The notes below the pieces were generated by a model. That model made no database searches, had not been told where the DNA came from, and saw nothing but the letters and a program-made list of their open reading frames with translations. Below, piece after piece: positions 13,263 to 27,900 of a stretch of DNA of 64,000 nucleotides; the first letter of the stretch is position 1; every line of letters starts with the position of its first letter. Position numbers and translations under genes: made by a program. The DNA is from Eledone cirrhosa (Eukaryota), in contig OZ024758.1 of the NCBI GenBank assembly GCA_964016885.1, forward strand, positions 14,446,001 to 14,510,000. The letters are read 5' to 3'.

Positions 13263-16200
13263 ATATTATCACGCACCACCATTATTACGTGGACCAATCA
13301 TAAGTCAGAGGCCCATACTATCGCTTAACTGGTTGCTTTTCGATATGATGGATGGACTACGGAATTCTGGAGAGTTGAAGAGAGAAAAATGTGGACGCTC
13401 AGCGACAATGCCAAAGATAAAGCCAAATTCACCTCGTGGACGAGAATGCAAGCACTCCTCCTTGTTTCGGCCCAGGATGGCTAACATAACCCCATCCCCC
13501 CCCCGCGCCCCACCGCTCCCACCCTCCAAACGCAATCCAAAACTTCAGAGTTGGTACCATGAATGTAGGCACCTTAAAGGGTCGCTCTAACGAGGTTGTA
13601 GAAATGCTTGAACGTAAGGAGGTCGATGTTTGTTGTATTCAAGAGACCAGGTGGAGGGGAGGGTCGGCTAGATTCATCGTGGGTAAAGAACGATGCTATA
13701 AGCTTTTCTGGGTGGGAAATGACAATGGGTTGGGTGGGGTAGGAATCATGGTAGCAGAAAAGTGGGCAGATAAGATAATAGACGTAAATAGAGTGAACGA
13801 CAGAATAATTAAAATAAGACTTGTCCTCAATAAAACTCCGGTGACAGTAATATCTGCGTACGCACCCCAATCCGGACTGCCCCGCGCTATAAAAGACAGA
13901 TTCTACGAGACACTGATGCTCGCTACCTCCCAAATAACCGACAGTGACTATATAGTTATTGCAGGCGACCTAAATGGTCACGTTGGACAACATTCTGACG
14001 GCTATGACGGAATCCATGGAGGCTATGGGTTCGGTACTAGAAATGAGGAAGGCTCCAGAATCCTGGAATTCTGCGACGCAAATAACTTAACTATCTGTAA
14101 CACTAACTTCAAAAAACGAGACAATCACTTGATCACCTATAGATCGGGGGAACACACAAGCCAGGTAGATTATATCCTTACCAGAAGACGTGACAGAGTG
14201 TCTGTTGTTAACACTAAATCCCACCCCCATGAAGAATTCACCTCCCAACATAGACTGATAATTAGCGACCTCATAGTCAGGACGAGACGTACTAGACAGC
14301 GGAAGAGGACTATCCTCAGGAGAAAAATATGGAAGCTAAAGGACCCCATAGCCAGAAATAAATTTCAAAGCAAATTACTTGACGCTTTCGACAGTAAGGA
14401 AGAGCAATTAGAGTCGTATAATATAGAGGAACAGTGGGAATTCCTGAGAGCAAACCTGCTGACGGCGGCAGACGAAGTCTGTGGCTGGAGCAGGCCTGTA
14501 GGTAGGAGGAGAGTAACATGGTGGTGGAACAGTAAGGTGGAGGAGTCAATTAAGGCCAAAAAGCAGGCTTGGAAAGTATGGCGGGATGGGGGAAGTAGAG
14601 AAGACTATCAAGTGGCCAGGAGGGAAGCTAGGAGACAAGTGTACTTCGCAAGAAGGGAAGCAGAGGAAAGAAAGTTCAAGCATGTTCTACAACGTGAGGA
14701 CCAAAAACGTGAGGTGTTCAGGATTGCCAGGCAATGTGTCAAGGAAAACCGTGATATTGTCGGGGAGAAGTGTGTACTTAACGATGATGGCATACTTGCC
14801 ATCACCGACGCTGATAAGAAGGTAGCTTGGAAGTGTCACTACGAAAGGCTTCTAAATGAGGAGAACAAATGGGAGAAAGACAGTCTCCCCCAGATCGATC
14901 CAATAGAGGGACCAGCAGTGTTAGTTGAAGGTAGTATAATAAGTAAGGCAATCAAAGATATGAAGACGGGTAAGGCGGCTGGGCCTTCGGAAATAGTTGC
15001 TGAGATGCTGAAGGCATCTGGTTCGGTGGGACACACCATGGTCACCCGGATAGTTAACCAAGTCGTACAGAATGGGGTTGTTCCGAAGGAATGGCGTAGC
15101 AGCATCATCGTTAACTGCTATAAGGGAAAAGGAGATGCCCTAGATAGGAGTAACTATAGAGGCATTAAATTAATCGACCAGGTCATGAAGGTCACGGAAA
15201 AAGTAATAGCGCAACTAATCAGAGAGAGAATTGATCTAGATGAAATGCAGTTCGGGTTTGTGTCAGGCAAAAGTACCACAGACGCTCTTTTCATTGTACG
15301 ACAACTACAGGAGAAGTACCTAGCTAAAAGTAAACCCCTATACTTAGCTTTTGTCGACTTGGAGAAAGCCTTCGACAGAGTCCCCCGTTCCATTATCTGG
15401 TGGTCTCTTAGAAAACTAGGTGTAGACGAATGGCTTGTGAGAGCTATACAAGCCATGTATAAAGAAACAGTCAGTAAGGTTAGAATTAACAACGAATATA
15501 GTGAAGAGTTTAGCGTAAAAGTTGGTGTCCATCAGGGCTCTGTACTTAGCCCCCTACTATTTATTATTGCCCTTCAGGCTATAACAGAGGAGTTCAAGAC
15601 CGGCTGCCCATGGGAACTCCTATACGCAGATGATCTAACGCTCATAGCTGAATCAATGGCCGAACTAGAGAAGAAATTCCAAACGTGGAAGCACGGCTTA
15701 GAATCAGAAGGCCTTAAAATTAACCTGGCTAAGACTTAAGTTCTAGTTTGTAGGAAAGAAAATAAGGCGGCGGTCTCATCGGGGAAATGGCCATGCTCAG
15801 TGTGTAGGAAAGGCGTAGGTAGAAACTCCATTTTATGTCCCAAATGCAAAGTATGGGTGCATAAAAGATGTAGTGGGATCACAGGTAAGCTAACTAAGAA
15901 CATAGATTTTACATGTGGCCGGTGCTCTGGTGCAATAAGTAGCAGCAAGTGCCCACAAAATACTAGCTCCTTCAACTGCGCAGAGGGTTCTATAGAAATA
16001 GTGGACAGCTTCCGTTATCTGGGTGACAAAATCAGCAGTGGGGGAGGGTGCTCTGAAAGTACAGTAGCTAGAGTCAGAACTGGATGGAAAAAGTTCAGAG
16101 AGCTTATACCACTATTAGCCGCTAGAGGGTTCTCCCTAAAAATGAAAGGCAGGTTATACGATGCCTGCATACGAACAGCAATGCTGCATGGCAGTGAGAC

Positions 16201-17080
16201 CTGGGCATTGTGTGCAGAGGATATACGCAGACTAGAGAGGAACGAAGCTTGCATGCTCCGCTGGATGTGTGCAATAGTAATATACGTGAACGGCAAAGCA
16301 TAAACGAACTAAGGAAAAAATTAGAAATAAGAGGGATCAGATGTTGTTTACTCGAGAGAAGGCTACGTTGGTACGGTCACGTGATGCGCATGAAAGACGA
16401 CAGCTGTATAACAAAGTGCAGGGCAATAAAGATAGACGGTAGCCACGGAGTAGGCAGACCCAGAAAAACATGGGACGAGCTGATAAATTCCGACCTCACA
16501 CGCTTACACCTCTCCAAGACAATGTCACTGGACCGAGACCTTTGGCGGTACTCAGTAATAGAGAAGACCCGCCTTACCTAAATACAAAGTAAAAACCTAC
16601 TACAGTCAGTAGGCATCTCTATCAAAACACACCCCCGTCCCACCACCTCCACCCCACCCACACCGCCCCTTTCAATGTAAAGTTATGTTGGTCCCACAAC
16701 ATCCAGGCCGAAACAAATGAGATCGTGTAGGTGTCACGACAAAAAACACACAGTCCACGCTGTAAATGTGGCCGTGTAGGCAACACGGTAAAAACCTCCC
16801 AGCCCCACACTGTAAATGTGGTTGGTGTTAGGAAGGGCATCCAGCTGTAGAAAACCCGCCAGACAGTCCACGCTGTAATGTGGCCGTGTAGGCAACACGG
16901 TAAAAACCTCCCAGCCCCACACTGTAAATGTGGTTGGTGTTAGGAAGGGCATCCAACTGTAGAAAACCCGCCAGACAGTCCTATGCGAGCAAGACAACCA
17001 CTCTTGCCTCAAGTGGGAAAACCCCCGTCCAAACCCATGCAAGCGTGGAACACGGACGCTAAACCTGATGATGATGATAT

Positions 17081-17142
<62 letters not shown>

Positions 17143-18941
17143 TATTGTGAGCGTGAAGCCAACAGTATTTCATAATATATAAGTGACCATAACGTCAAAA
17201 TGGAAAATAATTAACGTAAGATGTGGGAAAATAATTCAAACTCAATTTTTAAAAAAATCAAGACATAGATTTATCCATAGAATTTTGTGAAATCCAGGGA
17301 AAAATCAATAGAGCCTTAACTCTGAATAAAATAAAGTTTAAATGCTCATCCTTCAATTTGGAAAAACTTCAAATGCTCTATATAGTCTTAAAAAGACCAT
17401 TTCACAAAACTTTCAGTGGGGATGGTCATATATATATATGCACACAGGGTGGGGTATAAGTTCAGAAGCAATTTTTTGAAATTTGATTTCTAAAAGTGTT
17501 GTAAGTATATCATTAAAATTCTTTTATTTTCATGCTAAAACATTAGTCTATGTAAACATTGGACTTTGAATTTCTTAAAGAATTTGAACATGTCATTCTA
17601 TAGAGAAAGGATACTCAAACTTCATCATGCAGCGAGGTCAGATTCGGCTATTGTATGTGTGTGTGTGTCTGTAGATGTGTGTGCGTGTGTGTGTCTGTGT
17701 GTGCTTGTATGGGATGTTTATGTATTAAAAAGTTCATGGTAATGAAATGGTTAAATGGCTAAAGTAGGTTTTCCATGGTGTAATTTCATCGGTGAGCGTT
17801 GAGACCTCAGGCATACTTGGACCCCGTACTGGTGAGCTCCTCTGCAAGATCGGAACATCAGCAGCCCATCTAAGGAAGGAGCTCTGCGAGGTGGGGTGGC
17901 TGTTGCAGCGAGTATCGCTGGCCATTGTCTGCAGGAATGCTTTTGCAGTCTTGTCTGCAGGGGCTCAGCCCCAGTACCGCCACGCCCTAAACCCAGACCA
18001 TATCCCCCCACCCCCTCCACCTCCTCCCATTCTTCTGTGACCCTAGAGCCGATACCTTTCCCTTCCTTTTCCTTACTAAATTAATATCACATTTAACCCT
18101 TTAGCATTTACATTACTCTATCATCATCATCGTTTAACGTCCATCTTCCACGCTAGCATGGGTCTGGACGGGAATTGTCCCACTTGAGGCAAGATTGGTT
18201 GTCTTGCTCAGGACTGTCTGGCGGGTTTTCTACGGCTGGATGCCCTTCCTAACACCAACCACGTTTAAAGTGTGGACTGGGAGGTTTTTACCGTGTTACC
18301 TACACGGCCACATTACAGCATGGATCTATATATACTATTGCATTTTCCCGGTAAAGACTTTACCTCACATAATTACCTCACATAATTATCTCACATATCA
18401 AATCTATGAGATTTTGATATTTATTTTGAGAACAATACCTTAACGTCAGTATGAATGGCCGGTTACAGACGGTTTGAACAGAAAGAGGTGAGAGAATTCT
18501 GGCCGGATGTGGCCAGTTTAAATGCTAAAAGTTATGTTTGTTATTGCCTCATGGCCCTGGTGGAGAGAAATAGGAATATATTGCATCCTTCTCATTGTCT
18601 GAGCAAAACTTCATTTTGTTTCTTTGCAGGAATTTTAGTCAATTTTATATCCTACCCAGTTATAAACTCTTTCACAACTGCTGCTGCCATCACTATCAGT
18701 TTTGGACAAGTTAAGGTATGTATGTCTCTTTTAACAAATACATATGGAATCACACATATATGCGTGCACACACACATATGCGTGCACATACACACACACA
18801 TATGTATGCACACACACACACACACACACACATATGCATCCACATACACATACATGTATGTGCATACACACATATGCACACACATATATATATATATGGG
18901 TATGTGTGTGCATATGCACATACATGTATGTGTATGACTGC

Positions 18942-18983
<42 letters not shown>

Positions 18984-21900
18984 CATACACACACACATGT
19001 AAGCGCATGCACATACACACATGCATGCATGTACATACACACATGCATGCATGTACATACACACATGCATGCAAATACACACATATGCATGCACACACAT
19101 ATATATGCATGTACACACACACACACACATACATACACGCCTTTTAAGGCCATGTTCTCTGTTAGAGTAGAGTTTAGGCTTGTGTGCCCCATAACAGGTT
19201 ACATATTCATCATGGATTTGAACTCAGCGTACAGAGAACCAGAAGGAATACTACAAAGTATTCATTCTGATGTTCTAACGACCCTACCGATTTGACATCA
19301 GTCAGAAAAGATTAGTTCTTCTTCAGCCACTTATTCCTGAAAGGGTCATGGGGGCAGAGTCCTCAAACACCCCTTCCAGCGGGTCCTTTCAGAAGCAACC
19401 GTCTTTTCAGTTAGGCGTAGGGATGAGGCTAAGATTCCTGAGTACCAGATTCTTCACGGTACTCATCAAAACTGAACACTTTCACATGTAATAAAAACAG
19501 GAGCTTTCAAATCTTCATGTCAAATGTTTTGAATTTGGTTTTGCCTTTTGTTGTTGTTCTTTTTCTTCTACTCCCACTTATTCCTGAGAGGGTCGTGGAG
19601 GGGGGGGGGGGTCCCCAAATACTCCTTCCAGTGGGTCCTGTCAGAAGCAACTGTCTCCAACTGATCCGGATGGATCTCCAAACTCATGGATGTTATCCAA
19701 CCATCTTGCTCAAGGTCAACCTCTGGGACTTCTACCAGTTGGTTTTGCCCGTAAAATCTCTCCAGCGATTCTTTCCCCGAGACATTCTAACCACATGCCC
19801 AAAAGATAAGTTGATTAATTTTTTGAATAAACATAAACAGAAGAAAAAAAAGGACAGCCGGAGATTTGCCGATTGCCTTTATTTCTTATCTTATGTCTAA
19901 AGTAGTGGGTCATTATCTATAATTTGAAACTCTCGTTAGATGAGAGAAGCTGATAAGAAGGGAATCTGGTGTAATTGATATAAAGATCAACAGACTAAAG
20001 GTTGGTGATTGGCAATAATACACAATAGATTTAATTAGTAGTTGTACTAACATAGTATGATTCAGATTATAAGTGTATATGAACCCATATAAAATGATGT
20101 AATAATCTGGCTGATGTAATAATCCAGCTGACAGGGATTAAAAAAAAAAATTAACTAAGTGTACTCATGAACTAATAAAGAAAAAAAATTTTTTCTCAAA
20201 ATTACAACAGTGTTGAATATTGAATTTTTTAGTTAACTGATTAGGGGCCATACTGGTGTGAGTTATGTATCAACACCATCATCATCCAGTTTTTAATTAT
20301 GCAGGACACAATTAATCCCTAAGTAGGGATGGGTCCTGTCTGACAATGCTCCTTAGCTTCCCGTTCCATGTGTTTTTGTCCGCTGGGCTCAACGGACATC
20401 CTACATGTGTAAATGTAAATATCTACAGAAGATATATATATATATATACAATGAAGGGCATCCAGCCATAGACCCAAAGCCAGAAACAGTTCTGTATGAA
20501 CATGACACAGTCATCTGATCTGACTTGTTGCACAATGGGACAACTTGTCTAACCCATGCTAGCATGGAAAAATGGATGTTAAATGGTGGTGATGATGATG
20601 ATATATGTCTCTGGTAGTGTACAGAATAATATTTTATAAAGTATTGGTATAATTGCCAGAAGTAATAAATCACTGCAAATGATAAACAGTGTTTTATTAT
20701 TTTTTCCAACAATTGTGTACATGTATGTACACACACAATTCAGCTTTGTTGCAAGTCTGTGAAAAAAACGAATATTACTTGTTCCTTCTGTAAACCAATG
20801 GATCATGTACTAGAATATATAAAAAAATAAGTTTACAGAATAAGTCTAACACATGTAGCCACTGATTACAATTAATGTTGTAGCTTGAGAGATAGAACTC
20901 TTAAAAGTCAATATTCCTATATTAGAAGTAGAAACCAGGTGATATTAAGGTGTGTGATGTAAATATTAATGTAATGTTATGAATATAGATAAAGTTTAAC
21001 ATATGTTACTTTTATAATATTATGCAGCAATATGTTACCATAACACTTCCATCAAAATGGTATTTTTAAATACCTTTTTATTGAAGCAAATACATTTCCA
21101 AGTAAATGTGCTTACACAACGTTAATTTATTTAAAAATCTAATTAACTGTTGTTTAAGTTCATGGAACAGCTTTGATGAAACAAATTATCATCATCATTA
21201 AACCCTTTAGCATTACATTACTCTATATTTACTATTGTATTTTCACAGTAAAAGCTTTCCCTTCCATAATTATCTCACATAATATCGTATCTATGAGATT
21301 TTGATGTTATAGTATTGTTCTCAAAATAAATAATATCAGTATGAGTGGGCGGTTACAGCTGGTTTGAACAGAAAGAGGTGAGAGAATTCTGGCCGGAAAT
21401 AGCCGGTTTAAATGCTAAAGAGTTAAAGGAGTCTCTTCCTAAGTAGCTGACATCAACCCCCATTAGTTAATGGGACTACCCAGGGGCTTAACCCTTTAGC
21501 ATTTACATTACTCTATATTTACTATTGTATTTTCACAGTAAACACTTTACCTCACATAATTATCGAATCTACGAGATTTTGATATTACTAATTTTGGCAA
21601 CAATACCTTAACATAAGTATGAGTGGCTGGTTACAGCTGGTTTGAACAGAAAGAGGTGAGAGAATTCTGGCCGGATATGGCTAGTTTAAATGCTAAAGGG
21701 TTAATGTCCATTATCCGTGCCAGCATGGGTAGGATGGGTCGTCTCTTTGTGAGAGATCACGTCAGAGAAACTTGATTCACACACACGGATCTGCTTTTGG
21801 TTTATTTTCTACAGCTGGATGCCCTTCCTAATGCCAACCACATTCTTCCAATCATGACCAAGCTCTTTCCTTTAAAGAGGTCTCTTCCTAAGTGGCCGAT

Positions 21901-24900
21901 ACCAACCCCCATTTTTGATGGGACTGTCCTGAGGGTTAATTGAACTTTTGAGCCTTAAAACCCGACATATATATAAGAAATGAGAATACAATTAAATAGT
22001 AGGTGACATTGCAAAAAGCACCTTGTCCACACTGTAAAGTGGTTGTGTAGGAGACACAGTAAAAGGCTTCCAGTCCACACTGTAAATGTAGTTGGCGTTA
22101 GGAAGGGTATCCAGCTGTAGAAAACCTGCCAGAAACAGTCACCCGACCAATCTTGCTTCAAGTGGGACAAACCCGTCCAACCCATGCTAGCGTGGAAGAT
22201 GGACGTTAAATGATGAAGATGATGATGATGATATGGTTTTTATTGTCTATTATATATCCTATTTACTTATTTATTTTTGTACATGCCTGGGGTCAATGAG
22301 GAGTAAAGGATTCACTTGTTATTTGTTATTAAGGGGAGCAGAAATTTGGTTGCTATTTCTAGCAGGTTAAGCAACCATATACAGGGTCCTTTTGCTCAGT
22401 GATAATTCTGTGATGAGGGAGGTTATATTAGGAACAGTGATATCTGTCTGGAAAGCTCATGGCCTAGTGGTTAATATGTTATTCTCATGGTCATAGGTTC
22501 AATTCCAGGACCTGACAGTGTGTTGCATTCTTGAGCAAGACATATTTTGCATTGCTTTTCATGATAGGACTGGGGACCCTTTTATTAAAACACCTGAAAA
22601 AACCCTATGAGATACATCCTTGTAGGAGATCAGCTAAACCTCCATATGTATAAGCAGTGAACTTCAAATACATTCACATTCAAGTGACATCTGTCTGTTA
22701 AAATAACAACTGGTGTTCAAGGAGCTAACTATTATTTGCTTTTTACAGCTAACTAAGCGAGATTTGCTTGTTGTTTGGTTAGGACCCGTTTCTTCTCCAT
22801 CAGCAATGAAATCATATCCGCTCTCTTGCTCTGGGACCCTGACTCCAGCCTGACTAGGAGTAGAAAGCTGTCATTCCCTGACGTTATCTCTAGGGATACG
22901 GGAACCAGCAGACAAGACCTGGGGGCAGCGATGGGGGACAGGGGGTTCTGGGGCATGAGAGTGAGATCCATCATCTCGACAGTAGTCGACGAGTGATGAT
23001 GATGAAAATAACAACGAAGGTATTTTTTTTTTTTATTTTCCAGAATATTTTGGGTTTAAAGAAAGTTCCACGAAACTTTTTGTATTGTGTTTATTACACT
23101 TTTGCCAAAGTTGGAGAAACAAAGTAAGTACCAGTTAACCTACCTACTTATTACTACCTCCATTTCTCCGCATAGGACTGCCAGACAGTCCTATGCGAGC
23201 AAGACAATCACTCTTGCCTCAAGTGGGACTACCCCCGTCCAAACCCATGCAAGCGTGGAACACGGACGTTAAACGTTGATGATGATGATGATGATGATGA
23301 TGATTTCCTCTCCTTCCTCATCATCCTTATCATCATCATGTCTGCATTTTCTCAGATGGCATGGGCTAGGACGAAATTTTTTGAGGCAAGTTTTCTAAGA
23401 CCAAATGCCCTTTAGGATGACAATACCAGCTGCTGTTTTTTGTTTTTTTTTTGTATTTTTCAGGTGTGGTATATGTCGCTAATATTAGCCAAATGACATC
23501 CAAAATGGATGAGTCATTAGTGTGTCAAATTAATTGCAGAAGAGGGGCCTCCCAGTTTCAAGTGGTGATGATAAACCAAGCATGTATCAAGTCAGATGAC
23601 ATTAATACTTACAGCTAGTTTGGCTCTGGCTGGTCAAATTATATCATAGTGGTTTTCTGCTAGCATGTGTAATGTGTATATTGATATTATACGCAGGTAT
23701 ATATACATGTAGATATGATACATCAAATAAAATCGTAATTGAACGAAGACTGCGTTACACTGTCTTATGTAATCAGTAACGTAATCCATGATATATTAAA
23801 AAAGACGATATATATAAACTGCATTAGGAAAAAATTAGTGACAGAAAATTAATATGTTTATTTAAGCGATGGCCAACCGGAAGTGTTGACATTTCAGAAA
23901 TTTTAAAGAAGTGAATCTTTAAATAAACAAAATATATTTAATCAACAGCCACGAAATTTAGTAGATAGATTATGTAATATTCATTCATTATTTATTGGTG
24001 GATTGGCAGTATCGGTAGAGGGTCGGACGCCATGCTTTCCAGCATAGTTACGTCCCTTTATGATCTGAGTTCAAATCCCGCCGAGGTTGACTTTGCCTTT
24101 CATCCTTACAGGGTCGATAAAATAAAGTACCAGTAATGCACTGGGTAATTGCTGGCCTTGTGCCTAAAGTAGAAACAATTATTTATTCAAAGTAATCCAA
24201 CTTATTTTACTAATGGGATAACAAAAATATTAAACCATATGCAGTCCCGCGCTCCTTACTTTATTATAGTTTAGATTACACAATGCAGATCTTGGGTACA
24301 CAAGAGATGTAGTGGGATAACAGGCAAACTAACAGGTAAGGGAAACTACATATGCAGTAGATGTACAGGGGAATTTGACAGTAGAAGTCGCAGTGTTAGA
24401 CACATTTTTCAAATGCAGGTGGGTGCTATAGAGGTGGTTGATAGCTTCCAATACCTAGATGATCAGATTAGTAAGGGAGGAGGGTGCTCCGAGGCCATAG
24501 TATCCAGAATAAGGACGGGTTGGAAGAAGTTTACGGAGCTGCTTCCTCTGTTGACAAAGAAGGGTTTCTCCCCGAGTACGAAAGGATGGTTATATGATGT
24601 CTGTGTGAGATGCGTGATGCTATATGGTAATGAGACATAGGCAGCAACTGTGGAGGATGTGCGATGGCTGGAGAGAAATGAGGCAAGCGTGCTCCATTGG
24701 ATGTGCAATGTCAATGTGCGTGAACGATCAAGCATAGACGAGTTGAGAGAGAAACTGTGTATAAGAGGGATAGTCTGTAGTGTGCAGGAGAGAAGACTGC
24801 ACTGGTATGGACATGTGATGCGCATGGAGGATGACCGCAGGGTAAAGAAGTGCCAAGAAATCTCAGTAGAAGGAAGACGTGGTAGAGGTAGACCACGAAA

Positions 24901-27900
24901 AAAATGGGCGGAGGTGCTGAGAACAGACCTCAGATCACTGAAGCTCACTGAGGAGATGACAAAGGACCGTGATAAATGGAGAGATGCTGTGCTTAATAGG
25001 ACCCATCCCGCCCTTGCAAGTGGACGTAAAATGATGATGATGATATATTATATACTAGCAAAAGAACCCGTCGAAAGGCACACCATTCACCATTGTAAAT
25101 AAGGAGCCCCTCTCTCCTCAACATGTCCACCTTTAAATGGCCACAGAACTCTACTATTTTAGGGAAAAGAAAGATTTAAACTATATGTTGACATGCTCCA
25201 AGAGCTAAATAACCTATGTATCAAATATGTACAAAATCGAATGGGAACTGGAAATGCATCGCCTGCATAGAGACAGACAGACATTTTCATTTATATATAT
25301 AAATATATATATATTGTTATATTTGGGGAGCGTCATATTATTATAATATTCCTAGAAATATATAATAAAACACACTCACTGTTTGGTTTGGATTGGTTTT
25401 CGCTTCTGTATATTTTATGTCCCTATAGTTAATTTAGCTGGCAATCAATGTTTATCATTGATTGACAAACAGACTATATATATATATATTTATATATATT
25501 TTTATCAAAGCTCTTTCATCACACCTGTGACATAAGTGGTGCTATCATGTTTTCTCCCATTCTATTGCAATGTCTATTATTTTTATTAATTTATTCTGGT
25601 CTCTGTTTGTGCATGCGTTTGCGTTTATATATATATAAAGGGTTAAATAAATAAATAAGTGTTTTGTAAGCAAGATATGGGTCCCCCAGGGTGCCTGAGT
25701 ACCTGGTAGAGAACAGGAGTATAAGTAAGAGAGATGCAGGCCACCAGCTTATCCAGGAGGTGAATAGCTCCGCCACTTGTGTATTGATTTGGTCTGTGAC
25801 AACCTGTCCAACCTTTCCTGGTCGGAAAAACCGAAAGATGATGATGATGGTGGTGGTGGGGATGGAGATGATGATGTCATGTGCTTACAAAACACTTATT
25901 TATTTATTTAATCCATTTGCATTCCTCTATATTTATATTGTATTTTTGCTTTACCTCACATAATTATCTCACATAATATCGAATCTATGAGATTTTGATG
26001 TTATTTATTTTGAGAACAATACCTTAACATAAGTATGAGCGGCCAGTTACAGCCAGTTTGAACAGAAAGAGGTGAGAGAATTCTAACTGGATACAGCCGG
26101 TAAAAAGCCATTAAATTATTAACCATCTTGCCAACAACAACCCTGAGCACCTTTTTGATTTCCATGTGTCTAACACACGTGGGCATGCCTACAAAGTCAG
26201 AAAACAGCACAGCTCCCATGACTTTCAGAAACATTTTTTCACGCTCAGAGTTGCTGAAGCATGGAACAAACTACCTGCATCAGTTGTTAGCTGTCGAGAC
26301 ACTGTATCCTTTAAAACCTCCATGCTTCCTGAAATTCGCCAACACTACACACCTGATACACCCCCCCCCCCCACCCACCCTCCATACACACGCACACATG
26401 TATATCATAACTCATACACTGTTCTCTTTCCTGAGGTTAACTTTGCCTTTCATCCTTACGGGGTCAATAAAATAAAGTACCAGTAATGCACTGGGGTAAT
26501 TGCTGGCCTTGTGCCAAAAGTAGAAACAATTATTCTATGTATTATACATGCACCTTTGATGAGATGTAATGCACCTGAGCACTGTACACAATAATTTCAT
26601 TATATTATTAAATGCTAAAGGGTTAACACTGCTTTCTCTCTGTTTTCTTACAGTGTCTGGGACTTTCTCTTAGGTTCTTCCAGTCTGGTTTTGGTACATT
26701 TCATCAAAGTAAGTGATCACATTGTTGTCAAAATTTCATATTCTGTTGCATAAGAGGAGATAAAACAAGAGGGAGGGTGAGAGTGTCAACAGTACACTAT
26801 TGACTGGACTCTACATCTCATTGGCAACACGGTAAAAGCATTGCTGTGGAGAACAGCCAGTGGTACCCTACGTATCAACCATTCTATTTTATGGGGTTTT
26901 GTCCTTTGAGGAAAACAACAGTCCAAGGACTATGGACATTGGAGGTCTAGACAGAAACCACAACCCAGGGACCCATATTTAACAGAGAGGTCCTTGGTGG
27001 CATTTACCTGTCTCTATGGGTCTTTACCCAATTTTTATAAGCTATTTTATAGCAACTGACTGTAATTGTAGTTATGTTCTGTGTCTGAGTTTCTTACATC
27101 TTATAATATATTTCCTTGGCACTTAGTAAGTTTGAGAATTCGAGCTTCTCATACGACATCGGTATATATGCATATGTATATAATCATGATGATTTCTTTT
27201 GAATGAAACAGTTCTAGTCCTGTAGAAGCCATTTCTATATTAAACTTGATGTTTACACTCTACTAATATATTGAGAACTTTACTAACTATGGTTACCCCT
27301 GATTGAACTCGGGACTCACATATATACTTGTGTTGATTAAGGGTTGCTTATACAATACTCCAATAAACTTCTGAACCACACTGCTACACCCTGCCCTTTA
27401 GTTGCACCTATTTGAACCGTTTTGATAACAACCTGGCCTAAATTAGCAATTTTAAAGAGTTCCTATTTTAATAAAAAATCTTCTAACATAATTAATTATA
27501 TATAAGAGTCATATGTTAAGTTACTATCTTAGTAATGAAGTAATTAATAATTTTTGTAAATCCTTCAAAATGCTTCATTAATTAATTAAAATAGAATGTA
27601 TTTTATTAGAAATTCAGTCCTGAAAGGGTTAAAGAATTATCAGTTTATATACAATATGGTGGAGGTTTTTCATTGATGAATTATTTTTATTTTACAGAAA
27701 CTTCGTTCCATAAACTGGATGGACGATGACCAAACAATTCACTGGTCTCAGAAAATTGCCAGGAATTTCTTGTGGTTATTTGGAACTGGTAAGAATGCAA
27801 GTTTTTGTTTCTTTTCTATTTAAATAAGCAATGCCCATTCCTTCCTCTCATCACTCTTTACTTTCTAAACCTAACCCAGCTCCAGAAAAGACTGCTGATT

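Noticed and set aside
13426-13450. HDV-like L3 motif (ttc-acctcgt-gga) in the RTE 5' leader
   Set aside because: No convincing G-initiated P1 or P2 partner found
17065-17078. CTGATGA as a hammerhead core
   Set aside because: It is the start of the RTE (GAT)n tail; no stem II or GAAA follows
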